Below, piece after piece: positions 27,001 through 29,230 of a DNA stretch of 39,438 nt (the first letter of the stretch is position 1; every line of letters starts with the position of its first letter). The notes below the pieces were generated by a model. That model ran no database searches, was not told where the DNA came from, and saw only the letters and a list, made by a program, of their open reading frames with translations. The stretch lies in NCBI GenBank assembly GCA_964558645.1, contig CAZLEV010000025.1, forward strand, positions 1 through 39,438. The letters are read 5' to 3'. The DNA comes from an uncultured archaeon (GTDB lineage Archaea; Asgardarchaeota; Thorarchaeia; Thorarchaeales; Thorarchaeaceae). The position numbers and the translations under genes are program-made.

Positions 27001-29230
27001 GCTTGTCAATATCACACTCACCGATCTCAAGGATTCGTCTTAGTAGCGAATTTCGCTTGCTTGCGCCCTCAACCTGAGGAATTGTCTTGAGGAATACCTC
27101 TAGACCATCCTCTACGTCGCTTGTATCCCTCATCCTTGCTAAGAGATTTACGAGACCCTCATAAAGGCCTTCCGGAACTCTTACTGCAATTCCTCTAAGA
27201 CCTGTAGCTAGCTTATCTGGAAGACCGATGGTAGTATCTGCCCTCAGATGTTCCTTCCCTGCGGCAGCTCGGCGTGCATTAGCGATTCCTGCCCAGATAT
27301 CTATCTGATGCTCTTCCCAATAGACCTTGTAGTTGGGTTCATAGAAGCAATTCCTTACTCCTGCACTAAGCAGTTGTGCGGCTTCTGAGTCTTTATGCTC
27401 GCGTACTGCAAGTGCAACGACATCCATAGCGTTGATGCCTGTGAGTCGCCCATTCTCGAAATCCTCTATCGTCTGCTGCATTACTACTCTCTCTATGCTG
27501 TTTCCTGTGAGCTGGACCTGCTCATACTCAACGAAAATTTTCAGATTCCAGTTGCAGAAGTCGTTCAGGAGACTTAGTGTGTTCCGACCTAGAATAATAT
27601 TCTCCACATCTTCTACGACCATCGCGGGCATACGGTTTCTGTCCACTCGCTGAGGCTCAAAAGCACGGCTGGTTTTCGTCCAGAAGCGATATTCTTCGGA
27701 ACCAGAACGAACAACGATGGTCTTGTTGAATCTGAGTCCCACACCGGCTTGCTTGAATCGCAGTTCCATGGATGCGTCCCATATGCTGATGGCGTTCTCT
27801 GTGTTCTGAATCTCCATGCGATAGGTGTATTCTTCTCCATCTTCCCAGCTCACAAACAAGTCAACTGCCGTGATGGACACATGGCTGACTAACTGACATT
27901 CGACCTCCTGTATGCCAAAGGAAGACCCCTTCGTGGGCGTCCAATCGTAAACGAAATCGCCAGATGGGGTACACTCAACCAGGGTGATCTCTGGTACAGA
28001 ACCGAGTGACCAAGCCGTCCCACCGAAGGGCACACCGGGTAGCAATGAGTGACTTTGTGTGGTCAGGTCGCCTGTACTGGGTAGGAAGGAGAACACCACT
28101 TGGATGAGGTCGGTGGAAATGAACATCCCCATCAATAGGAGCACAGTGAGAATACCCCAGCGTCTGAAGTGTACCGCAATCACCGACATAGAGATCCAGA
28201 ACAGCAGTGAAACCACTGTTGCCATGGGCACAGGAGTAGTACTGGTCAGGGGACTCCGAGGGCTGACCAGGGCAAGATGGTCATATCCCGGATGCTCCTG
28301 CAGTATGCCCAGTGCCTGCACCGCACCGGACATCGTTGATATCGAGGTTGTCGACTGGGAGCTGGCACTAAGGCTATTGTAGACCCGCATTCCATAACCC
28401 CGGAAGAAGACCTCATCCAAGGCTCCAAGATTATCCAACACGCTCAGAGCCTGGGCGAAAATTGTATCCGAAAGGACGTTCTCCTTGACCTTGTCGAAGA
28501 TGTCTTCACAGACCCACTCCTCTGGAAGCATGTGCTCCAGAACCACCGTGACCTCAGACGGCGAGACCACAAGGTTCTCACAGAGCTGATACACCATGAG
28601 CCGTTCCTCGAACGACAGACTCTCCAACTGAGATATCGTGTACTCGGGAATTCGCACATTCTCATCAGAGAGGTCGGACGCGTGCAACGGTCCCAGACCC
28701 ACCACATCTCTCAAACCAGTGGCATCGGCCGCCATGGACAACCAGTATACGTGTTCAATGGTGTCAGATCGGACCAGTGTGAGCAGGTCAGCCTCTCCTC
28801 GCAATGCTAGATCATACAGATAGTCAGCTGCATCGTCGATGACCTCTGGTGACAGGGCACCGAGCCGCTTCAGGCACTCCATGGCCAAGGCCGTGGCCTG
28901 TAACGAGCGTTCCTCCACTCCAAAGTCGCGAAAGCCCCCGATATACCGGTTCTCCAAGCCCAGGATAGAGTCGACAATCTTCTGGCGTGTGTCCCACGAG
29001 AGCGCGTACTCCTCCCGTAGTTCGGCTAGTATGATCATATCAAGCGTGGCCTGAAGTGTCGGTTCGCCATCGGCGGTATCGGCATATCCGATACTACGCT
29101 CATGGGCATCAACCCAGTTGGTATGTTCAATAGACTCCTCAGCTGACACCACCGTCACGAACATGCCGCAAATCAGCAGTAGTGATAGCAGTGCAACTGT
29201 CTTTCTGATTTTCTCAGCTCTAAACTCCAT
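2..29230 (-). CDS. Giant (at least 9,743 aa, C-terminus beyond window) membrane-anchored multidomain surface protein, adhesin/effector-carrier-like
   Basis: ATG at 29230 follows a GGAGGG SD-like motif and reads MEFRAEKIRKTVALLSLLLICGMFVTVVSA. I translated this frame by hand over most of its length and found no stop down to position 2 (ends ...WDDDSPKALLDSV). Every minus-strand ORF in the track below 29249 lies in the other two frames, as expected if this frame is one unterminated ORF. Confidence 0.95.
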   Translation of the reverse strand, partial: MEFRAEKIRKTVALLSLLLICGMFVTVVSAEESIEHTNWVDAHERSIGYADTADGEPTLQATLDMIILAELREEYALSWDTRQKIVDSILGLENRYIGGFRDFGVEERSLQATALAMECLKRLGALSPEVIDDAADYLYDLALRGEADLLTLVRSDTIEHVYWLSMAADATGLRDVVGLGPLHASDLSDENVRIPEYTISQLESLSFEERLMVYQLCENLVVSPSEVTVVLEHMLPEEWVCEDIFDKVKENVLSDTIFAQALSVLDNLGALDEVFFRGYGMRVYNSLSASSQSTTSISTMSGAVQALGILQEHPGYDHLALVSPRSPLTSTTPVPMATVVSLLFWISMSVIAVHFRRWGILTVLLLMGMFISTDLIQVVFSFLPSTGDLTTQSHSLLPGVPFGGTAWSLGSVPEITLVECTPSGDFVYDWTPTKGSSFGIQEVECQLVSHVSITAVDLFVSWEDGEEYTYRMEIQNTENAISIWDASMELRFKQAGVGLRFNKTIVVRSGSEEYRFWTKTSRAFEPQRVDRNRMPAMVVEDVENIILGRNTLSLLNDFCNWNLKIFVEYEQVQLTGNSIERVVMQQTIEDFENGRLTGINAMDVVALAVREHKDSEAAQLLSAGVRNCFYEPNYKVYWEEHQIDIWAGIANARRAAAGKEHLRADTTIGLPDKLATGLRGIAVRVPEGLYEGLVNLLARMRDTSDVEDGLEVFLKTIPQVEGASKRNSLLRRILEIGECDIDKLAQSALLLTEMILWGDDIDTRTGVEHDRYLAEFFVKVSDHRDTRAIQDPWLSAAIVNAFNERVNGVSLGFDVMRIAIDRLAIQLGVDYYYLEKFWQQKMGTDGQMLPVIAIANMILEGMRTTAKGGGPFAIEYGRNGQIGTTAETFLCLVSAVVKKMGIETETRNRILTYATMAAQPASLGFLSHTLNLEEGDTVALVQSHHQTLKASKKARTVLRVMVREAGTSHITTHFESSGPLLGTKYDQPIPPIAFIGSWGDGSIELHQKPVRFLGEALYALLGRPQTEVLAHESLRKLYHAAVAQRILDKEPDDAGCIQLDPEGFFEAAVLASPDGDQYISTTEIPYYMKGRVLSEAQPLSEREVDTVLRTMLVAWSHNQEPAAVVETKHPMEEQWGDFYYFDGNTLHVQTSLILGSGPGSEKRRKPGHTMRDLFVSGDVHARTNVLPHYSSYVKSDETKTRARRLAEAEKGYARWGWGENEPAEFRIVQELHSGEINPVVDGSFVVVRGPLESQAGSRTSKFSDVFMKELPVAGSLLFRDGTKPARVVYKGGKEQGKLIRLEIDGTLVFQGSDRNLAYGNVALATPDVPPWLDRLIDVIRCGGTVHTGLIHGNTKEEITFQTAGHDAFWRGTWNEENGEWVGYSVLSILTDLRTRIESLQELDIDSNPERVEGVNKEIASLIQDLSDIAGNHGPEGHHPLLDRVPKGNRYYKPKPGRKEVRLTVAGLSNWVDRMVFMPSYALSGCLGAHFESLSAFYLDTVDVGETVKVYLEKLRGWNLRKRRGSIGNAFLYRFAVLAALRSTDMADIDSTIQILMDAPQGASYIDANVPSDAMALIFDQRTGRSLIVKTLSKTTGSTTPGIERRMDLTGANTYSQVVCGSIDYSNNEFFISASSPRAFETPWLDVAERLALLVNKHAKAAKYVVDSGHGKEANYVAYMRKCSLKAIDLLLHAAEVDVTHRQVEAILDEASQLHKEGRLTPGYPRGPRVDSLADRIAALVGLQLDAHPWLLERLVRLLTIDPGPLISDIDVGLAMEWVQRYPEFSTNSTTITQKTGSTAYSVPLGWLEAMLTSDIPSKELKEMILSTLALDEYYQGALCYDWDYPPFHIREWVNEPADESSDVITLGSDRTGVLNPDLLSGLIAQRLHVGTALSIDKISIQLASIKEPVDLTLTIEASGSTVSATTRAFASGLLTFDLPQVVTVSPDSEVTVRVIADGPMPVLYTGTGIKEDHVSGIVLNIGSSNLAGYTLSMTFHYTDRNLYGWHRRSSFYTSDYGHDSSLDQVLEAGMDYLESWAVFHPELFEEEVYVCGTYYDLSTHTLHVGHRVYEEKYGPMYSTVPETSPKDSRVLVYGDSTTAQLLVAGLQILGYKNAEAIGARKLVETVTMSERAVLVLMEDHVPYELLMVGQSKTHSLLAEWVREGNQLVTAGTTALDECLYKARVVPTFELAEMGVLPGSFAHLLEPRYYDLSGDESVATYQNKRTAQSTLMQLGSGESPSLAVTYTHNAGTGYQTFLLPIIGAENVTRAHTVDVYLDGYLVADRIRLSGSEQSQTDYNREYCRVRLLDRGNVPDGDARLLSVELGYEISQGPHTLTIVDSSKTSDVAPVWIPHLTNIIQWEKTNTPSYAATLMEAAGMPLIGAGYSLLMESDILMHAWDVNQDDFYIQRHGYPVFDNPYGVDITHPAVNKIWSSAIGGRAGEASYSLGQGLVTVLEPTAIGPDNEYSLMDFTLYVLTGTDGGFRDLWGTQSSIGGSSYSSDDFSVDVGYSLGDRTPLLMIPNSDFGRVAGHYGADFSTDEGLITHNATIAQDSGHVEIYPSQDPASYGITIGNVNISAPYLGISSYTTNCTLSLYDGDQLLLADVSGLDLIELPAGTVSNLTFVAVSSEANSSFILDWVSTGSQPQLADDGYLLDHRLLSASVSNSTYAVVNHTNHIELTGRTVIDTHLAGTIGSTLQILYKTDTIQDPVTLELAGLGGTQVLELPTSTEFAVFEAPMSIQFIESMTFETNNTMQIAYVDVSTCNDVMLAFDRQVLYREHGGYTANITGGELQVTGEGTVPLFDLMADTRVLNYLHLDHALGDGTNVSMQFITAHGNYTIALNADQTVYEIPAGVNVTMSLALVFDMAGSVNISTLALSVDPTPLSDRRDVSVSGYDDMRSYTMPQCGPLLAWGHAQVDLTEPEGNYLSHYTTDILEMTDRRLVVKRTSLSGTQSVVVIIDAFGRVTLSTNSSDMVFSLEERAVTYSDNYAVTHAGPNMTDTLQSRPAYAAMYDSHRGFGVRGLTGTTVTADITNSHFKFMLAENTPIQLLSHLAPTIETIAGIAVDLNFATEAIMISQSGILSEWSGKVETQNVAFWDGSFTEDYALHETFDSQGSWIVDEDLSTEERALMFHHNGQLNITLNCNTTDAEAMHLQLNYLSIDVSTYEMLRWSLAGTGDLHVTVYFNLTDSQTSILYEVRHDTPTIATTEFTNLYRQMTDDSYADWTIQGIELWITEVDTEVIANKSIVLDTLDIYTISDWEVVLTPDTTVNSVFEGDGVLFLRAEKGKEIRLRRQLEQADVLRNRIFQWRQRVGMGSQMNVTATNSTCESSSTIVDAATWSVLTEDIQELVDAVSIEITLSAGSKEEGEGHLDWMRIVEPYTSQYDWNSFADGSWDEDGGFLLMSFSYVPEAPDHGPRASWSGDTSGHSLEVWSSYSADPGSFSNGGHLSIHGALEYDYSTWTFGTVTQNNEYNLYSYGSTYQSSGTGSSTTQYWAQSFSVSSGRTVGRLDVYTKVDLTSGYPSNEDNVRWEIVSDSGGEPGSSVQRSGYADWTTSYSWRAISFSSLGPGTYWLILKPMTVSVWYPPDLIYPDGHWEYYHSTVYWRQGGNGYSSQYSGYHSGSLWQTYSDDMYMQVHESRVYDLGSYWQDLNLYVHWTVGGQNYQSELTANGQTKSHAGATDVWITAGPSGSIDSSFTNINPTNVKTFYRRPDASVSAHYWNDPDYEYNSVQYTKWTLPNSYYIPTYGDEDSSVKGKLIYTIHEQWLGHGGDEYWYAGCSNPSIGGSGTYRTVTLTGVGYGSSNDVVVEWYDSFAASDIVVDPESYYVGQWRDVSDSDAPTDSSLRCYVENNHASESGGDWDVKLYTWKDSVMTPRDLLTLDNADSGHTDSLTLLESNGYSDGAVVYSDARYLSKYLFYRNYDGHYIRRPALDSQWVTDDAGQPVQEAQADTVCKFWAEVDWMFGSAALSMAWRVGSGGTIYINNYDSFTDLGDESGRWSFWLTISPEWESEYLYYRFNTSEYGGHTWDNSGDWYSIYVSDDDPDAPSIENLNIQTDETISDGDSSRVDDGATHGRLRIYCEVVDASAISTPQLSYEWAGGTSGTVDMQAAAPQSGYRSYWEYWLPIEWTSDCSETLDFDIYVVDQDNSPESSTAFVYNVVVSDDDTASPSITGWNPATPTHDQDLSDSGVLSDASGIDTGLSSITWCWDDDPGTEYNCDSCTITQDSWSITISETHWSEDDEGRTLRVIFRVYDSDLDRGTVDRLLTTETKYITIADDDTTAPVIENGRSDPNYEVYDDVVQPIRLMADITDDELTGGTITFEYRFGTESYSVNGVHDGVQGDGTTWYYDIPYAVWSAKITENGQELSLYFRVSATDSDNTPLTTVLEVDPLTTIIDADTSAPSVQGYWPTTGASIMDGDYSQGGQMTNITVSVLVYEVSGFSEARMQYWVSGEDYTEADAPIITELVAGETYNITWEIPGTWLASRVPSQVYWRVRLTDDDQAPASTGWVQYHFFLLDDDDSPPDITDVQYDDPKKEQTLNTIRVYSTDASGIASGTITYWYDGGPNTTDSMSYHGGEGYLYYSITPPDGTEGKYCHFVVTVTDGDNDRVGDSMTRTSSEYTFLVEDDDITAPTFSSPVTSGDYDEWDTGHYNLTITVTDSSGIDWVKVQYRYGSGDWNEYQMARPFPGSLPDVYRHSIPYSEWIAHCGMTLYWRVYARDSDASPETGYWSWDPPATAGLLIDDDTAPPEVSDTSPADGSSITDAWLSGQSGENMRVEFRVTDLHSSVDPTSVYYNWSFFGGPWSGWILATPLGDDWYYFEMPYDIALNNTGRTFRYCIRATDTDNDRTNDALSLEESMPGDYHWFMIRDDDISAPDVAHTVPDSPTSNTAFDLSFDVQDPDSGVYDVVLYYRRAGSTDPWNTEDSFMVQGTEYTFSLTLGDEYEYTGLEYLLYAQNGDDDRTLAIDSEAKWQGSYGSYLTLAQAEDAAWVLAIADDDIAAPSIVTIDSSAAVDCEGGTWTLDVTLQDMSAIEQVLVSVDQGANQSLTLWASDVDGDYFSLDSYYYRIALSGLTQGLHNLTIFAKDADGTMDHDRLWSAQDHSFYVADDDTDAPLMNIWVPEVEYDEELIIYANVTDASGLASITVTYWQGHDVHTADMVLDATYNDTSWRYRFAVSADDTYYGDTFYAYVQATDNDLDFGNMTDPLSAQSYTVSTEILDLTEPDIDALDGPTGSQTCSSDNRVYITVSEPVDASHASHALINYTAGEGWFTTEMGLVNITTSSGDHIVVFMGHVPLQYGSTLSYRVIVYDHAGNIAVSSTQEVISIDDVTPPLFEYSRVVGAEPGVNGTLVVSLYEPVAASGVKNVTVAISLDMGGPENVSMSYNAEADTWILTLPALEEGSTLDYYFVAFDHAGNWLQTATVSYTIRSVLQPHDIQTENLMLIEEANRVVTFRTMFATETEGVYSLVPIVSNGLANFTMWLDGQEYLPGSQVYLEGCVHIIMVRIETGDRYTAWAVQVQNHKSQLTSEGGALTWNTLAPAPRSTQLRLDYAWALGINPLIEYFAMSRHDDTDSIDGDFEGDYGAWDHSGGTAFVWDGYYSSQSLRLSDSSGTAGWMQYSFTNGTRAYALSMFIKRDVDHTSGVDVSVVFTDGTDYNVTLMVGHLQDWTRFEVLLPDKAMASIRIEQNSSHYDNRLMRFDQVSLVKNTFGLTSWDISLKENLSPHDLLGTESGTVSGFFAAYTEFMVQEETNAVLRIQFGSSLNGTQVEVLHYGESIATVNATTDIPLRVREGIDAFALYITAANATPDSLRAMLRYTNGTAMPVTCLGQPGGLRAVTSERDSPYVPIVSPEWEKISEAHLTASIIEDENWLSTTIDMDMDEFDVFHDEVVLSNSTELDITATPVLKSVFSSNGTGLYVRYRARLWSAITEDAVWVTTHWVSLGEEELTTDLAALAAELYGTSAGEYTRLLEIRLYLADLERDGEIATDQRVELVTVLKSRVAYEYRLSPLITSTGTLFHDFDIASATHNTTEDAFHGYGAALIGPDYSPLNMTMYQSITEGTTIRFVANESITTIVTISLDVGVYNLTVSDSPTGEWSVEYTSATPLHSGWTTYKIDIYRALAGIARDLGLALFGARITRLVFESLSPAKVDSVEIVEPESASLELSYWGVTLSWDTHRLGLSVSTLAGVLERHAPYYSVDYRGQRYTTSDPSWYNVLSLTMLSSSDSTTVVQSAFGAQMIITDTYQISASGFIDFQRDVQRLDNDSFYANEVMMSFEYSIKQTITNLQMDSDSVPLLSLSGVAFEQGPSRTAMVDIDPAEENVDSPYFSRDLSYVWDLSAATAMYASDGDIMSLIPAQNRDSMWVEWNDLSISLDVVNWLVFEVTDVIDCDAYIQVTSDTDTQEFWFNVTGRFAEPLTLSGSSVTAIRIGAIRTAPHSRVRLDWVGLRDRHLVAESDSVRYPLPTWHHPDLVDDFVDLERWTVQDYEVDEDNWFKAGVNSRSLTMKGESYFGSEATHIDRVSTKGLSIDTVRYPNLQIDYVFTDVSFGPNPTDYVLGVLNLTFLSAAGAEDSYQVYLPLDQFRVIENVTARCGAGWITAIDIVVYSYGNQWSSSSYTLWVEDLIISDDVDAYQPVVYHSGLSESFASVDEWIELDGDILVDNGKDVASLQRHDGKERANFTRPYSLLLGPGYTVEFEVSWASADEFWVALGLENGSVLDIITTAPSKDVFRYTFDDYALLSVCNITLGIGGGGVKLDYLTIAHHIGATITFDSTAGWTGDAAAVHAEDGSLTIESDGSAWSQSYTLPEGLDTDLYSTLAIDYSLDSGSALPEVRLRALAGHEADPITGLRASEVYDEVWLDGFRPNSAFQTLYIDMAEQFDGYLTYRLDLRGAAADKGYNLTIHSIRALQRDDDWARLDVSNRWMDCITDWGLITLDAMTTESSGSVAAQQEVDLNGDLVRYISLSYQTVADDDVSLELSVLADGTRYAVTLSAAASERRVVIDLMAILETQPATVSGVAVCLNWTGKTDTEHVWVTIHDLDLYASAPSPIGQSLTFSGLLSYTSESDFKMETIIVPNVGTEWVDVAFSQTYTEPIVMATVEIAASQDPSTDAVSRRVTDVTSTGCKVRLLSPEYAYGSGSITPGTVHLLVVEAGEWSIDGLPRIQAGSITTTQVSHNSDWTATESITLDSSLWADVSSVEYFVTVATENPAASGTKWIEAWTCGSGTGEPPTLTDFRLSMNAAEVDAQNTHPEETLHYIVMEAGSYTVSGTELTIGRTAVTVEDYSKDNTEAHGQPYTPQWGVAMQLAMDGTNGGWANWKDSPFDATYIEPYIQEDLASDSETTHVAEEVSYAIASASLVYAAPPVLRDGSFDSITVTRDSVKFETIVVSDPSIDDWVDVSFQNEYDEPVVIATLELGTDQDPSTDAIGKRVRGITGTGCQVRAILPDYAYGNGFISMQTKIHLFVIEAGSWDIEGLPKIQAGTITTGRVSYKNHWTEYATVSLDSNLWAGVSSAEFFSSVGTENPAASGTKWIESWVTGGGQKTNPTLSSFGVGMCAAEVSVQNDHPSETIHWLVVESGTFSFDGMHMKAGRTADAIKHYANDNREAHGTSWTPAFGLAMSLALDGGDGGWTNWEDSPFDSTYIEPYIQEDRYSDSEVGHTDEDVSYLICDTASFSHPGTLTYPGDDPELLLENRALFARLDAQVEAGEITAEWDLSDIRVSDDYLTVRWRYSAQTPPAASDFQAVLEHDGTSSTINLLAATGSSGTSPWYVFAESITDLVPDIETLERILLRVDGHIMDVAHLSVGDPVFSTTGFLLPSESQGSLDIEAFGFSVSDSTEVRFRYDDLDVAVAPATMLYGRIRAEAGASTYLTFYGQGDEQVVQTALSLVAGWNAISLNVSQLCPGFTVVTSLEFISNNTAAPILGLDELWLGAAEQVQTESGTDYLEVYGYGQTGITLFNLDSWIASDSELQISDSRLLRMFVSTVDYRDAGPANQSVWFLEDGIPPSIDYAPNAGIRVWTDGHDLNLHVRSNAVEFTIGENETDIMLDEVTVQDWRRHRVEFTLHGWLGDIPVNRTYAVTSTGMINWTTRYGSGPVEIESVTVWQELEDYPNLLYVNRVESTGDIQLSPASDAAAYNDTALTEGHRSVRVVTWVNQKDITCRLFSGAAIDPAVHDFLHLSFKARQDDILSQALYQFRFVLNDSSYAYVLSGDNDTYFEVGKEVGNYTTEELFLSLSSRLDTSLGGRYITGLDIVFSDNSSCNGLVGMWIDDVYLTNSTAPAQDESLYTVVRASDSLWYSYLDSSIRYSDTQGLGLHRFGSDAGVFVYGDITMEAGVFSTGGPIDLTSALNVSGSAFAGPEILDARPLTGTPVSLGVDQLDMVERGSLLYLADRTLGDANLTVNYLWANGTASPYSVTVSGLKGTSDSGELYYLNMTRDMRRLIHLDAVSLFLGLNVTEGECPDLYTVTVSDGITAVFETSPEPLTPILAYQSQDRRDPLADPERDVYGVDEEGYITHWLASPRDVMDRALRVTDSHEPSQLRRHLGMNTHNVTVSYYQYLDFWTDTDPPLPDPVVSEEEPTTTYNYPSGWSTVLEFIDRAPATDRAMSLRAQRVYQVHYNWEEGLDNTWFPSMLDPIKWDADLYQFEVRKYEWLPEGGLNPVIIASLTVDSTFVHDTWSEWEFDLLRSHVRYGEVDAGGNPIGPQYIEPFSEYHELDHLTDVAFVEDMAGCTGNVSYLVDDLRVMTHNGTRQVIREDFSYGDVAEMVASTAWNEYGSALQFGLTEGVNMGLSRSVLNIDPEVLAAYFMPDAQLEFLNGWYRAGFYNESVYGEFMAGYDEEMASWMGARWYQHYSTILDVPTTRDYTLVLEHPHGLGLDGARRELWVDGRQLDIGYGDQAQVYLRTGLHTIHVRTFANGTNDLNTFRLQVQGASAQDGFRAYVPHHGRMAAIYYDPDHMHRIREGGSPSYYRDPDAMRTKTNVIMASDAIGGLKVVLDADDLLDYMLRDINSGGYDGTGRPVTPLTETAGSVIMSVDAVPDTIYKGEYSGSIAERYLEFNGYFTTDGNIPFYMTTHEDGTSSVWPRGPEYVLDMPAEAWYRSDGAVKRFGPKDIPYTGLFEESDDDPEYWAQEYTYDLAVNADAIVRYVRFNLSANTDASRDTGLRVDELLDDGCWRNIRNLNGPDYEFVLAPGRTSIDIDIIPYDSYGEAVAVLKGVDADGYYVWDASSRMSYTPPENVFNSLEIESETNSLTSEACTTLSFDLSNTDLFYDAFIDRLSFDLYFISEFHTRVLFKIKGIRIHKEFGVRTYQGVDEQASMVLPVLDSGILMELESQRRILPSRQAQAQLLLERALMEYGRGGSVWDDRMRATVRNYQLISLGTVELRSRTATTAMYTADVSENLVVTEVDFKDDTEVNELNYRLSFDFVQSASASMAYSPFYWQVHLPASSKLKYPNVIPGQSEDDGQVPGQWMPVMSTTLSHESAGGIATDTGKLILGDFKEFSPLWSVDTQYLRESGRRYIEYGTWANQAPTRYADPVTFQADPDGGGVLTFGLSQMLSMDHAWMNASFSEAYMDYIARANQMNVWGHNPIRDLISSVQLDYTVEDRLEQYAREGWLDELIAKDPTLFDTFMDAASGTLVAKSILRALWEQQYGDEWWYGNDQLDWFVKKTVSDYNGADWYEPGKYSDSPKPLQKPVQDSLFVTNETMQVRPTVQEYSNWDDDSPKALLDSV
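1980..2360 (-). other. GATase1-like alpha/beta domain, copy 2 (N-terminal part)
   Basis: AIYYDPD...VVLDADDLLDYML...VIMSVDAVPDTIY...SIAERYLEFNGYFTTDGNIPFY aligns by eye with copy 1. Confidence 0.5.
2450..2670 (-). other. PA14-like beta-sandwich segment
   Basis: YSTILDVPTTRDYTLVL...LDGARRELWVDGRQL...VYLRTGLHTIHVRTF. A similar segment lies at ~12700-12870 (GVYSL...MWLDGQEY...VYLEGCVHIIMVRI). Confidence 0.5.
6197..8008 (-). repeat. Tandem duplication (~315 aa period) of a module of three H-type-lectin-like subdomains
   Basis: Unit 1 is 7145-8008 and unit 2 is 6197-7063. Shared blocks: WVDV.F...Y.EP.V.AT, GLP.IQAG.ITT, ENPAASGTKWIE, DSPFD.TYIEPYIQED. Each unit has three ends of the form (H..E).[VLI][HS][YWL].V.E.G. 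Confidence 0.8.
12110..12500 (-). other. CBM4/9-like (galactose-binding-like) jelly-roll domain
   Basis: IDGDFEGDYGAW...GYYSSQSLRL...DWTRFEV...FDQVSL resembles the NGDFE...W...SL...W...D.V.L pattern. Confidence 0.45.
12940..17110 (-). repeat. About 12 tandem Ig/cadherin-like repeats (~105-125 aa each) with acidic DDDxxxP linkers
   Basis: Linkers at approx. 17100 SDDDPDAP, 16735 SDDDTASP, 16390 ADDDTTAP, 16035 IDADTSAP, 15663 DDDDSPP, 15340 EDDDITAP, 14992 IDDDTAPP, 14610 RDDDISAP, 14232 ADDDIAAP, 13896 ADDDTDAP, 13562 LDLTEP and 13238 IDDVTPP. Internal D(A/S)SG(I/V) and DxD/DxAGN motifs recur. Confidence 0.85.
18500..18760 (-). other. Choice-of-anchor-R/DUF4082-like beta-sandwich
   Basis: YWAQSFSV...VRWEIVSDSGGEPGSSV...WRAISFSSLGPGTYWLIL matches the AQSF...D..G.PG...GTYW pattern. 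Confidence 0.55.
22680..22950 (-). other. Class I glutamine-amidotransferase-like alpha/beta domain, copy 1 (N-terminal part)
   Basis: RVLVYGD...AEAIGARKLVE...AVLVLMEDHVPYELL...SLLAEWVREGNQLVTAG, a typical GATase1-like strand/helix pattern with no recognisable catalytic Cys elbow. Confidence 0.5.
28082..28225 (-). other. Two-helix transmembrane hairpin (aa ~336-383) of the giant protein
   Basis: MATVVSLLFWISMSVIAVHF-RRWG-ILTVLLLMGMFISTDLIQVVFSFL, preceded by a P/S/T-rich linker (SPRSPLTSTTPVP). Confidence 0.75.
28850..29095 (-). other. Prenyltransferase/squalene-cyclase-type (alpha/alpha barrel) repeat-like segment in the giant protein
   Basis: Two repeats, IGYADTADGEPTLQATLDMIIL and GGFRDFGVEERSLQATALAMECLKRLG, match the GG[FY]...T..A...L..LG pattern of Prenyltrans repeats. 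Confidence 0.55.
29141..29230 (-). other. Sec-type signal peptide of the giant protein (aa 1-30)
   Basis: Basic n-region (RAEKIRK), hydrophobic h-region (VALLSLLLICGMFVTVV) and a VSA|EE cleavage-like site. Confidence 0.8.

Noticed and set aside
193-29054. The many 60-220 aa track ORFs on both strands in 1-29 kb
   Set aside because: They are alternative-frame or antisense shadows of the giant ORF, with atypical composition (S/R/P-rich or V/H/G-rich antisense pattern).
2-29230. Intein/Hint, RHS/YD repeats or integrase/transposase in the window
   Set aside because: No Hint-type C..HN motif, RHS core or mobile-element catalytic motif was recognised in the manual translation. A weak match could have been missed.
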